This document shows, piece by piece, positions 50,901 through 63,576 of a stretch of DNA of 64,000 nt. Each line of letters starts with the position of its first letter. Positions within the stretch are counted from its first letter, which is position 1. The notes under the pieces are model-generated. The model saw only the letters and a list, made by a program, of their open reading frames with translations, had not been told where the DNA came from and did not search any database. A program made the translations under genes and the position numbers. Source of the stretch: Octopus vulgaris (Eukaryota); the NCBI GenBank assembly GCA_951406725.2, contig OX597829.1, positions 50,406,001-50,470,000 of the forward strand. The letters run 5' to 3'.

Positions 50901-53900
50901 CATGGCCACAGTCCAATGACTGAAACAAGTAAAAGATAAAAGATATACTGGGATTGATTTGTTCAACTAAAACCCTTCAAGCTGGTGCCCCAGCATGGCC
51001 ACAGTCCTATGAGTGAAACAACTAAAAGATAAAAGATATACTGGGATTGATTTGTTCAACTAAAACCCTTCAAGGTGGCGCCCCAGCATGGCCACAGTCC
51101 AATGACTGAAACAAGTAAAAGATATAAGATATACTGGGATTGATTTGTCAACTAAAACCCTTCAAGGTGGTGCCCCAGCATGGCCACAGTCCAATGACTG
51201 AAACAAGTAAAAGATAAAAGATATACTGGGATTGATTTGTTCAACTAAAACCCTTCAAGGTGGTGCCCCAGCATGGCCACAGTCCAATGACTGAAACAAG
51301 TAAAAGATAAAAGATATACTGGGATTGATTTGTTCAACTAAAACCCTTCAAGGTGGTGCCCCAGCATGGCCACAGTCCAATGAGTGAAACAAGTAAAAGA
51401 TAAAAGATATACTGGGATTGATTTGTTCAACTAAAACCCTTCAAGGTGGTGCCCCAGCATGGCCACAGTCCAATGACTGAAACAAGTAAAAGATAAAAGA
51501 TATACTGGGATTGATTTGTTCAACTAAAACCCTTCAAGGTGGTGCCCCAGCATGGCCACAGTCCAATGACTGAAACAAGTAAAAGATAAAAGATATACTG
51601 GGATTGATTTGTTCAATTAAAATCCTTCAAGGTGGTGCCCCAGCATGGCCACAGTCCAATGAGTGAAACAAGTAAAAGATAAAATATATAATGGGATTGA
51701 TTTGTTCAACTAAAACCCTTCAAGGTGGTGCCCCAGCATGGCCACAGTCCAATGAGTGAAACAAGTAAAAGATAAAAGATATACTGGGATTGATTTGTTC
51801 AACTAAAACCCTTCAAGGTGGTGCCCCAGCATGGCCACAGTCCAATGACTGAAACAAGTAAAAGATAAAAGATATACTGGGATTGATTTGTTCAACTAAA
51901 ACCCTTCAAGGTGGTGCCCCAGCATGGCCACAGTCCAATGACTGAAACAAGTAAAAGATAAAAGATATACTGGGATTGATTTGTTCAACTAAAACCATTC
52001 AAGGTGGTGTCCCAGCATGGCCACAGTCCAATGACTGAAACAAGTAAAAGATAAAAGATATACTGGGGTTGATTTGTTCAACTAAAACCCTTCAAGGTGG
52101 TGCTCCAGCATGGCCACAGTCCAATGACTGAAACAAGTAAAAGATAAAAGATATACTGGGATTGATTTGTTCAACTAAAACCCTTCAAGGTGGTGCCCCA
52201 GCTTGGCCACAGTCCAATGACTGAAACAAGAAAAAGATAAAAGATATACTGGGATTGATTTGTTCAACTAAAACCCTTCAAGGTGGTGCCCCAGCATGGC
52301 CACAGTCCAATTACTGAAACAAGTAAAAGATAAAAGATATACTGGGATTGATTTGTCCAACTAAAACCCTTCAAGGTGGTGCCCCAGCATGGCCACAGTC
52401 CAATGACTGAAACAAGTAAAAGATAAAAGATATACTGTGATTGATTTGTCCAACTAAAACCCTTCAAGGTGGTGCTCCAGCATGGCCACAGTCCAATGAC
52501 TGAAACAAGTAAAAGATAAAAGATATACTGGGATTGATTTGTTCAACTAAAACCCTTCAAGGTGGTGCCCCAGCATGGCCACAGTCCAATGACTGAAACA
52601 AGTAAAAGATAAAAGATATACTGGGATTGATTTGTTCAACTAAAACCCTTCAAGGTGGTGCCCCAGCATGGCCACAGTCCAATGACTGAAACAAGAAAAG
52701 ATAAAAGATATACTGGGATTGATTTGTTCAACTAAAACCCTTCAAGGTGGTGCCCCAGCATGGCCACAGTCCAATGAGTGAAACAAGTAAAAGATAAAAG
52801 ATATACTGGGATTGATTTGTTCAACTCCAAACCCTTCAAGGTGGTGCCCCAGCATGGCCAGAGTCCAATGACTGAAACAAGAAAAAGATAAAAGATATAC
52901 TGGGATTGATTTGTTCAACTAAAACCCTTTCAAGGTGGTGCTCCAGCATGGCCACAGTCCAATGACTGAAACAAGAAAAAGATAAAAGATATACTGGGAT
53001 TGATTTGTTCAACTAAAACCCTTCAAGGTGGTGCCCCAGCATGGCCACAGTCCAATGAGTGAAACAAGTAAAAGATAAAAGATATACTGGGATTGATTTG
53101 TTCATCTAAAACCCTTCAAGGTGGTGCCCCAGCATGGCCACAGTCCAATGACTGAAACAAGTAAAAGATAAAAGATATACTGGGATTGATTTGTTCAACT
53201 AAAACCCTTCAAGGTGGTGCCCCAGCATGGCCACAGTCCAATGACTGAAACAATTAAAAGATAAAAGATATACTGGGATTGATTTGTTCAACTAAAACCC
53301 TTCAAGGTGGTGCCCCAGCATGGCCACAGTCCAATGACTGAAACAAGTAAAAGATAAAAGATATACTGGGATTGATTTGTTCCACTAAAACCCTTCAAGG
53401 TGGTGCTCCAGTATCGCCAGAGTCCAATGACTGAAAGAAGTAAAAGATAAAAGATATACTGGGATTGATTTGTTCAACTAAAACCCTTCAAATGGTGCCC
53501 CAGCATGGCCACAGTCCAATGACTGAAACAAACAAAAGATAAAAGATATACTGGGATTGATTTGTTCAACTAAAACCCTTCAAGGTGGTGCCCCAGCATG
53601 GCCACAGTCCAATGACTGAAACAAGTAAAAGATAAAAGATATACTGGGATTGATTTGTTCAACTAAAACCCTTCAAGGTGGTGCCCCAGCATGGCCACAG
53701 TCCAATGACTGAAACAAGTAAAAGATAAAAGATATACTGGGATTGATTTGTTCAACTAAAACCCTTCAAGGTGGTGCCCCAGCATGGCCAGAGTCCAATG
53801 ACTGAAACAAGTAAAAGATAAAAGATATACTGGGATTGATTTGTTCCACTAAAACCCTTCAAGGTGGTGCTCCAGTATCGCCAGAGTCCAATGACTGAAA

Positions 53901-55590
53901 CAAGTAAAAGATAAAAGATATACTGGGATTGATTTGTTCAACTAAAACCCTTCAAGGTGGTGCCCCAGCATGGCCACAGTCCAATGACTGAAACAAACAA
54001 AAGATAAAAGATATACTGGGATTGATTTGTTCAACTAAAACCCTTCAAGGTGGTGCCCCAGCATGGCCACAGTCCAATGACTGAAACAAGTAAAAGATAA
54101 AAGATATACTTGGATTGATTTGTTCAACTAAAACCCTTCAAGGTGGTGCCCCAGCATGGCCAGAGTCCAATGACTGAAACAAGTAAAAGATAAAAGATAT
54201 ACTGGGATTGATTTGTTCCACTAAAACCCTTCAAGGTGGTGCTCCAGCATCGCCAGAGTCCAATGACTGAAAGAAGTAAAAGATAAAAGATATACTGGGA
54301 TTGATTTGTTCAACTAAAACCCTTCAAATGGTGCCCCAGCATGGCCACAGTCCAATGACTGAAACAAACAAAAGATAAAAGATATACTGGGATTGATTTG
54401 TTCAACTAAAACCCTTCAAGGTGGTGCCCCAGCATGGCCACAGTCCAATGACTGAAACAAGTAAAAGATAAAAGATATACTGGGATTGATTTGTTCAACT
54501 AAAACCCTTCAAGGTGGTGCCCCAGCATGGCCACAGTCCTATGAGTGAAACAACTAAAAGATAAAAGATATACTGGGATTGATTTGTTCAACTAAAACCC
54601 TTCAAGGTGGTGCCCCAGCATGGCCACAGTCCAATGACTGAAACAAGTAAAAGATAAAAGATATACAGGGATTGATTTGTTCAACTAAAACCCTTCAAGG
54701 TGGTGCCCCAGCATGGCCACAGTCCAATGAGTGAAACAAGTAAAAGATAAAAGATATACTGGGATTGATTTGTTCAACTAAAACCCTTCAAGGTGGTGCC
54801 CCAGCATGGCCACAGTCCAATGACTGAAACAAGTAAAAGATAAAAGATATACTGGGATTGATTTGTTCAACTAAAACCCTTCAAGGTGGTGCCCCAGCAT
54901 GGCCACAGTCCAATGACTGAAACAAGTAAAAGATATAAGATATACTGGGATTGATTTGTTCAACTAAAACCCTTCAAGGTGGTGCCCCAGCATGGCCACA
55001 GTCCAATGACTGAAACAAGTAAAAGATAAAAGATATACTGGGATTGATTTGTTCAACTAAAACCCTTCAAGGTGGTGCCCCAGCATGGCCACAGTCCAAT
55101 GACTGAAACAAGTAAAAGATAAAAGATATACTGGGATTGATTTGTTCAACTAAAACCCTTCAAGGTGGTGCCCCAGCATGGCCACAGTCCAATGAGTGAA
55201 ACAAGTAAAAGATAAAAGATATACTGGGATTGATTTGTTCAAGTAAAACCCTTCAAGGTGGTGCCCCAGCATGGCCACAGTCCAATGACTGAAACAAGTA
55301 AAAGATAAAAGATATACTGGGATTGATTTGTTCAACTAAAACCCTTCAAGGTGGTGCCCCAGCATGGCCACAGTCCAATGACTGAAACAAGTAAAAGATA
55401 AAAGATATACTGGGATTGATTTGTTCAATTAAAATCCTTCAAGGTGGTGCCCCAGCATGGCCACAGTCCAATGACTGAAACAAGTAAAAGATAAAAGATA
55501 TACTGGGATTGATTTGTTCAACTAAAACCCTTCAAGGTGGTGCCCCAGCATGGCCACAGTCCAATGACTGAAACAAGTAAATGATAAAAG
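44900..55590. repeat. 93-bp satellite, ~115 copies
   Basis: Unit TACTGGGATTGATTTGTTCAACTAAAACCCTTCAAGGTGGTGCCCCAGCATGGCCACAGTCCAATGACTGAAACAAGTAAAAGATAAAAGATA. Period 93 measured at 45201/45294. Confidence 0.98.
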
Positions 55591-55869
55591 CTGAACGTAA
55601 TTCTCATCATCGTGGGAACAAGTTTGGTCTTCTTTATCCTGGTAGTTAGTAGAGTTTGTATTATCCCTACAACCCAAAAAGCCAAACCAGCAACAATTTT
55701 AGCCACCGGCAGGTCTAACCAAACTACGTAGCTCTGAAACTGTGGATCTGACCAATGGTTCTCAACTGGGATCCATATGATCATTAGGGGTTCGTACAAC
55801 AATTGAGGGTCCACGTAAGATTTTGTTTTTAGTATTTATGTGCAATAAACAGGTTATGCTTCTACAATA

Positions 55870-56188
55870 CCACTGCATGGCACCTTGGGCAAGTGTCTTC
55901 TACTATAGCCTCGGGCCGACCAATGCCTTGTGAGTGGATTTGGTAGACGGAAATTGAAGGAAGCCCATCGTATATGTGTATATATATATATGCGTGTGTG
56001 TTTGTCCCACCAACATTGCTTGACAACCAATGCTGGTGTGTTTACATCCCCGTAACTTAGCGGTTCGGCAAAAAGAGACCGATAGAATAAGTACCAGGCT
56101 TACAAAGAATAAGTCATGGGGTCGATTTGCTCGACTAAAGGTGGTGCTCCAGCATGGCCGCAGTCAAATGACTGAAACAAGTAAAAGA
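55870..56188 (+). mobile_element. SINE family A, 5'-truncated
   Basis: Homologous to 8645 and 34245. Confidence 0.88.
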
Positions 56189-56247
56189 GAGATGGAGAGA
56201 GAAAAATTCTCAATATTTAATTATACAAATATAATAGGATTTTTTAA

Positions 56248-56470
56248 CCCTTTTGTTACTGTATTTCTGTTGAGATGCTCTGTGTTTCTTTCAATCAATT
56301 TTAAATATAACAAAGAATTTAGTAAAATAACTTAGTTATCATTAAGCTAGTATTAGGAACATAAATTGTGACTAAGGTTTGGTGGAAGATTTTAATTCGA
56401 AATTTATGAAAACAAGACATTTGTACTACAGGGAACAGAGCCGGTTTCAGCCGGGTTGGTAACAAAAGGG
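56248..56470. mobile_element. piggyBac-like MITE
   Basis: TTAA|CCCTTTTGTTAC ... GTAACAAAAGGG|TTAA. Confidence 0.85.
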
Positions 56471-57241
56471 TTAAACACTGAATGGCTATGAGGGTTCCAG
56501 TAGAGTACGTTAGGAATGCGAAGGGGTCCATAGGCAGAAAATGGCTGAGAAAAACTAGATTAGACTTAATAAGAATCAACAGCAGAAACCTTAGAAAACA
56601 GGATGTCTGATTCAGAGTTTTGTCCGTGGAATCAATTAATCAATGGGGAAAACCTGCAAAATGTAGGAAGAAGAGAACTTGTATTGATGTTATTGATAAG
56701 GTCACCTAGTTCTGGAAATGAACCACTGCTAGCGTCTATAGGATTGGTGTTCTTGAATGTCAGTCAATGGACAAAAGAAAATATAGTTTTGGTTTATTGT
56801 AGGTACGGATGTGACTTTGCGGTAAGGAGTTTGCTTCCCAGCCATAGGGTTCCGGGTTCAGTCCCACTGCACGGCACCTTGACTAAATGTCTTCTACTAT
56901 AGCCCTCGGCCAACCAAAGCCTTGCGAGTGGTTTTCGTAGAGAGTAACTGAAAGAAGCTCATTGTATGTATGTATGAATATATGTGTGTATTTATAGATA
57001 TATATAAATATACTAGAAATATTAAAATAACTAAGTCTCTCTAAAAGAGAACAGCGGCAGCGTTCCCGGAAAATAATAGTTATCGCCATACTAATATAGC
57101 ATTCTTATAAAAATAAGAAAAAAGCTTATTAGTTATTTTAATATTTCTATTATTGAAAACAAGTGGATGTATTCCACCGAAACTAGGTAAATAAAACCAT
57201 CGAACAGAGATTGTCGGAAGCGACACCTACTGGCTGGCTAC

Positions 57242-57283
57242 GCTGCATTGAAAAGGGGCAATACCCCGAAACGCGTCTGTAGC
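57242..57283 (+). ncRNA. Minimal type I hammerhead ribozyme, U3-A8 variant
   Basis: GCTGCA-TTGAAAA-GGGG(CAATA)CCCC-GAAA-CGCG-TC-TGTAGC. Confidence 0.75.
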
Positions 57284-57841
57284 TGCCGGTCAAGTAGTGT
57301 GGAGCGACTGACCTCCCTTGTTCGAAGGTTATATGGATACAGTTTGTGTATCAAATAGCTAACTTAAGGCGATGGCCTCATGGAGCTAATAAGCGGATAG
57401 CTTTTTTCTTATTTTTATAAGAATGCCATATTAGTATGGCGATAACTATTATAAGTATACTATTATATATATATAAATATATAGAAATGAATCTAAATAT
57501 ACATATATGTATATAAATGTATATAAATAAATGTATATACATAATAGAAATATTAAAATTACTAAGTCTCTCTAAAGGAGATTACGGCAGCGTTACTGGA
57601 TATTAATAGTTATCGCCATACTAATATGGCAGTCTATAAATATAAGACTAAAGCTGTCGCTGATTAGCTCCAAGAGGCTACCGCCTCTAGCTAGCTATAT
57701 GACACACGTAATCTCCTTTAGAGAGACTTAGTAATTTTAATATTTCTGTTATTGAAAACAAGTGGATGTATTCCACTGTAACTAGGTAAATAAAATCTTC
57801 GAACAGACGGTCAGTAGCGACACCTGCTGGTTCTGACTACA

Positions 57842-57882
57842 CTGCATTGATAAAGGGCAACAACCCTGAAACATGTCTGCAG
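57842..57882 (+). ncRNA. Minimal type I hammerhead ribozyme, U3-A8 variant
   Basis: CTGCA-TTGATAA-AGGG(CAACAA)CCCT-GAAA-CATG-TC-TGCAG. Confidence 0.78.
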
Positions 57883-58057
57883 ATGTCTGACTAGCAAGGT
57901 GAAGTGGCTGACCTCCCCTGTTCGAAGATTGTAATGGACGCAGGTTCATGTGTCATATAGCTAGCTAGAGGCGGTGACCTCTTGGAGCTAATCAGCGTCA
58001 GCTTTAGTCTTTTATTTATAGACTGCCATATTAGTATGGCGATAACTATGTATATAC

Positions 58058-58097
<40 letters not shown>

Positions 58098-58130
58098 GTA
58101 TGTATATAAATATATATAAATGCATATATA

Positions 58131-58514
58131 TCTCTCTCTATATAAACGGCAGTTTGTCTGTGCGTGTTTCTGTGTGTCTGTTTGCTTGTACCCTCACCCT
58201 GACCACGGCTTTCAACCGATTCTGATGAAACTTGACACACACATAGCCCAATGTCATAATTCAAAACTAACGCAGCGAAAATTTTGAAAAGTTCCCCCAG
58301 TTCTGAAAAATATCGATATATTCGACATGGGGTCGAGAATCAGAAACAGAAACCGCAAACTGTCTAGGGGACGCAGCTCCACCTTTTTTAACTAAAAAAA
58401 AAAATTTACCATCATTTTTTTCCATTTTTTTGCTATTTTTTGGCTATAGCTCTCTAAAAATGCTTTATAGTTATTTCCCTTACAAACCTGAGCAACGCCG
58501 GGCGATACTGCTAG
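58131..58514 (+). mobile_element. Non-autonomous Helitron
   Basis: A|TC...CCTGAGCAACGCCGGG-CGATACTG-CTAG|T. The 3' ~125 bp match the 16311 array family. Confidence 0.88.
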
Positions 58515-58680
58515 TATGTATATAAATATATATAAATGCATATATATATGTATATATATATATGTATATATATATAAATGCATATATATATGTATGTATA
58601 TATATCTATGTATATATATCTATATATATAAATGCATATATGTATATATATAAATATATGCACACACACACACATATACA

Positions 58681-61600
58681 CGTCATCATCATCATTTAAC
58701 GTCTGTTGTCTATGCAGACATGAGTTGAACGGTTTGACTGGGCTAGCATGCTGGAAGGCTGATTTGGCATGGTTTTCTATGGCTGGATCCCCTTCATAAT
58801 GCCAACCACTCTGAGAGTGTAATGGGTTTTTTTACGTGCCACTGGCATGGGTGCCATTTGTGTGACAACGGTATCTGCCATGACTGCAATTTTGCTCAGC
58901 AAGATGGGTCTTCTCAAGCACAACATAATGCCAAAAGTTTTGGTCATTACCTTCATGAAACTCAACGCTCAAAAGGAACTCAGCCACTCTACCTCCATGA
59001 GGCCCAATGCTCGAAAGGAATTCAGCCACTATACCTTCATGGGGCTCAACACTAAAAAGGAACTCGGCCACTTTGCCTCCATGGGGCCCAGGCCCAAGAC
59101 ATGAATGGAACTCAGTTACTATGTCTCCATGAGGCCCAACATTCAAGGTTAATTTTGTTATGTGCCACTAGAATGGGTTCACTTGGTTTGATGGATCTTC
59201 TTAAACAGAGTTCATCACCAAAAGTCTTATTCACTAGTCATTGCCTCTGTGTGGTTCAAAGTTTCAAGATCATGCTTCACCACCTCGTTCCATGTCTTCC
59301 TGTGGTTCCCTCCAGTTAAAGATCGGCACCTCTTTACACAATTGTCCTCGTCCATACGCACCACATGACCATACCAGTGCGGTCGCCTCTCTTGCACACG
59401 ACACCTGATTCCTCCTATGCCTAACTTTTCTCTCAAGATACTTACACTCTGTTAAACATGCACACTGACATTGCACATCCAGTGAAGTATAATGGATTCA
59501 TTTTTTTAAGCTTACACATGTTCTCAGCTGTCACAGCCCGTTTCACTGTCATGTAGCATAGATGTTCACACACAGGCATCAAACAATCTGCCTTTCACTC
59601 TGAGAGAGAGGCCCTTTGTTGCCAGCAGGGAACTCTCTGAACTTTACCCAATCTAATTTTATTCTCACAGCTACACTCTCAAAACAACCACCTCCGCTAC
59701 TAACCTGGTCACCTTGATATTGGAAGCTGTCAATTACCTCTAGCTTGCTCCCATGAGAGTTGATGGAGTCTATTTTCCACAAATGTTCAGCATTTATTAT
59801 ACCTGTACACCTTCCACATACAAAAGATAGTTTCTCTGTTAACCATCCTTTGATGTTGTTGCACCTTTTGTGCGTCCAAAGCTTACACAGGTGCATCTTA
59901 TGGAGTTTCTACCTACGTCATTTCTACAGATTGAGCAGGGCCATCTACCTGAGGGGATTTGTGATTTGTCTGCCTTCCTACTTACTATGACTTTGGTTTT
60001 TGGTAGGTTAACCCTAAGGCCCTTTGATTCTATACCTTGTTTCCATACCTGGAACTTTTTCTCTAGCTCAGGTAGTGATTCAACTATAAGAGCAAGGTCG
60101 TCAGCATAGAGGAGCTCCCAGGGGCAGCTTGTCTTGAATTCTTCTGTTATTTCCTGAAGGACTATAATGAATAAGAGGAAGCTGAGCACCGATCCTTGGT
60201 GAGCCCTTACTTGTACCCTGAATTTTTCACTGTACTATTTGCCCACCCTCACCTTACTGATAGCGTCCTAGTACAAGGCTTGTACACCTCTCACCAATAA
60301 CTCATCTATCTCTAGTTTCCACATTGACCACCAGATAAGGGATTAGGCTTTCTCCAAGTTAACAAAAGTCAAGTACAGAGGTTTATCTTTGGCTAGGTAT
60401 TTCTCCTGCAGTTGCCTTATCAGAAGCAGTGGTGCTTCTACCTGGCACAAAACCAAACTGCATCTCATCTAGGCTAACTCTCTCCCTAATTAGTTGGGCT
60501 ATGATTCTCTCCATAACTTTCATCACCTGAATCAACAATTTGATACCTCTGTAATTATTTCTATCTAAAGCATCACCTTTACCTTTGTAGCAGTTGACTA
60601 TGGTGCTGCTACACCAGTCATTGAGCATGACTCCTTCATGAACCACCTGATTTACAATATGGGTGACTAGACCATAACCCACACTACTGAATATTTTAAG
60701 CATCTCAGTAGTGATGCCTGATGGGCCAGGGGCTTTTCCTGTTTTCATATCCTAAATTTCTTTATCTACTAGGGAGCTGTCTATTCGGATTGCTGGTCCC
60801 TCTACTGGGTCAAAATTTGGCAGACTCTCCTCCTCCCATTCATTCTCCACATTCAGCAGTCTTTCATAGTGGCTTCTCTAAGCCTCTTTCTTTTCCGAAT
60901 TATTAAAAGCAAGTGCATCACTATCTATGCAGATGTATTTCTCTCCTACAGCATCACAATTTTCTCTCACACACTGTCTTGCAATCCAAAATATTTCAGC
61001 TCGTTGGTCTCCACAGCACTGAACAAAGGCAAACTTCTTTTCTTCTCCCTTGGCTAGATTTACCTGTCTCCTATCTTCCCTTCTGGCTATCTGGTACAGT
61101 TCCCTGCTGCCACCACTCTTCCAGGCCTGTTTCTTTGCTCTAATGGCCCTGTCTGCAGTATTGTTTCACCACCATGTTACCCTAGGTCTGGAAGGGACTT
61201 TGCACCAGCCACAGATTTGGTCTGTGTTACTCAGCAAGCTATCCCACAGGAATTTCCAGTTGCCCTCTATATCACAAGTTTGTAGCTGCTTCTCCCTCTC
61301 ATCAGATTTCTCAATTAGGATTCCCTAAATCTATGACCATATGAAGATCCTTAAGCTTCCAAGTCCTTCTTTTCCAGATTGGTCTGGTTTTTGGCATCCT
61401 TCTGGCCTCGAGTCTAAAGTCATTAATTACTAGTCTATACTGGTGGGTACATTTTCCACCAGGGTGGGTTTTTGCATTTAAGAGCAACCATGCATCCCAC
61501 TGTCTGGTGTGAATGAAGTCAATCTGACTGGCAGTCACCTGCTATCAGGTGGCTGGTTGGTTTCCTGGAGTTGATGTTGCATATCAATAGGTTAATTGCA

Positions 61601-62200
61601 TTACAGATCTCCAGTAGCTTAGTTCCCTCTTCGTTTTGAGAACCAATTCCATGGCCCCCAGAAACACTATGAAGATACCAGGATGCTGTCTGACAGGCCC
61701 ATTAAAATCTCCAACCACAACGATGAAATCATTGTCACTTGTCTTGAAAGTAGCCTGCAGAAGAAAATCATAAAAGCGATCCTTCTGTTCATTTGGTAGG
61801 CCTGCTTGTGGGGTGTAAGCAGATATAATTGTAGCTATACTATTCTGCAAGACTAGCCTGACCTTAAGTACTCTGTCGCATACACTGACTACCTCTATAA
61901 CCTTATCCACCATTTCTCAGCAAGAAGAATGCCCACACCACCTACTCCATTACTGCTACCTTCCCACAAGATTTTATACCTATGTGTCTTGCCTGTGAGA
62001 AACCTGGCTGAAGCTCCTCTCCATCTAACCTTGTGGATACAGCATACATCAACATACCTCCATTCAAGCATCTCTACAATCTTGTTAGATCTACATTTCA
62101 GTGTGCCAACTCTGAAAACTTGGAAAGGGATGTGGGATGGAACATGGGAAGGAGAGATGTTATTCAACGCCCAAAAAGGAGCTTTCCATGATCATTTGAT
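58681..62200 (-). mobile_element. Decayed near-full-length RTE-clade LINE (APE endonuclease, RT, PHD-like finger, 3' UTR)
   Basis: APE: VDVCC..VRWRG..GVGIL, GDFNG, SQIDF. RT: KTGKAPGPSG, YKGKGD..NYRGIKL, QFGFVPGRST, LLYADDL. C-terminal WYGHVVRM and (GAT)n tail. Frameshifted. The 3' UTR has ~40-bp tandem repeats (58970-59145). Confidence 0.93.
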
Positions 62201-62394
62201 ACCAGACATGTCATAACAGTTGCTCTCACTCTTAACCTATCATCATTAAAACAAGTTAAAATTGTTGCCTCTACTGGGGAGTGAGAGTAAGGTAAGCATT
62301 GTAAATATAAGCATTACTGCAGCTGAAAATATAGATATAAATATACCAATGTTCAATTAAGTAAGTAAATGGGCGGCTATTTGGTTTTATTCCC

Positions 62395-62439
<45 letters not shown>

Positions 62440-62973
62440 CACACATACATACACACATATATACATATATATATACACACACATATATATATATATATAT
62501 ACATACACACATATATACATATATATATACATATGTACACACATACATACGTGTATATATATATATATATATACATAGAGAGAGAGAGGGAGGGGCGAGA
62601 AGATGGTTTGGAAGGGAGGGATGGATGGAGGTATGTAGATCTGGGGTAGGAAGGAGGCAGAGCCTTGTGGGAGTTTACAGTAAAAGAGGGAAGAGATTTC
62701 AGAGTAAAGAGAGGAGATTACCGGTATACAGGAGAAGGGATTTCTGGTATTGGTGGTGAGGACAGGAAAGGGTGCGTGCATCGCAAGAAAAAGAAATGGG
62801 ATTACAGGGTAGCTTCACATTAAGCTTACAAAGTGAATTTTACTCAGGTTTGTTTAGCAAGTTAGCAATACAAGTTAAATGAATGAATGAAGAGAATGAT
62901 GAATGATTAAGAAGTGGGAGGATTTCTTAGCTTATTGGCTGGACATTACGCAGATGGGGACACACACACATAC

Positions 62974-63035
<62 letters not shown>

Positions 63036-63544
63036 TTACTTTTCATTTGTCTTGCTCACTTACGTTTCTGGTGTGCTAAATTTTCTGGAGAACAATTCTT
63101 AGTGGTTAAGACCATAGCGGATCTTCTTCTAGCATAAGGGTTTCCACATAGTGGTAAAAAATTCCCTCTTATATATATGTATATATATGTATATATATAT
63201 ATGTGTGTATATATATATATATCTTAATTTTTTTTTAAGACCAGGCTATCAGATGTTGCTACACATCACTGGTCACAATGTGCTTTGCATTATTTTAGCC
63301 TTCAAGGGATGCCACCCCGCTGGCTAAGCAAGCAGGCCACACACACACATATATATATATAAAAATATATATACAATTAAGAGAAATAACCTCTATTAAG
63401 CAATTCAGTAATGAAAGACTTTATCTATATCATAAAGAAAAAATTTAAACACATTATAATAAATATTATTCAAAAAATCACTAAATTAAATTGCTAAATT
63501 GAATTTTTCCCTGTAAGTTTGGAAATGTATTCCCTACTACTACT

Positions 63545-63576
<32 letters not shown>

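Larger units (their letters stand above)
57010..58049. mobile_element. Two diverged PLE-like terminal repeat units, each with inverted ends
   Basis: Units ~57010-57450 and ~57545-58049. ATAGTTATCGCCATACTAATAT and its reverse complement occur in each, and each holds a hammerhead. Confidence 0.75.

Noticed and set aside
44900-55590. CRISPR array or repeat-protein gene (61-67 aa ORFs)
   Set aside because: There are no unique spacers. The ORFs arise only where point variants remove the stop in a 93-bp (31-codon) unit.
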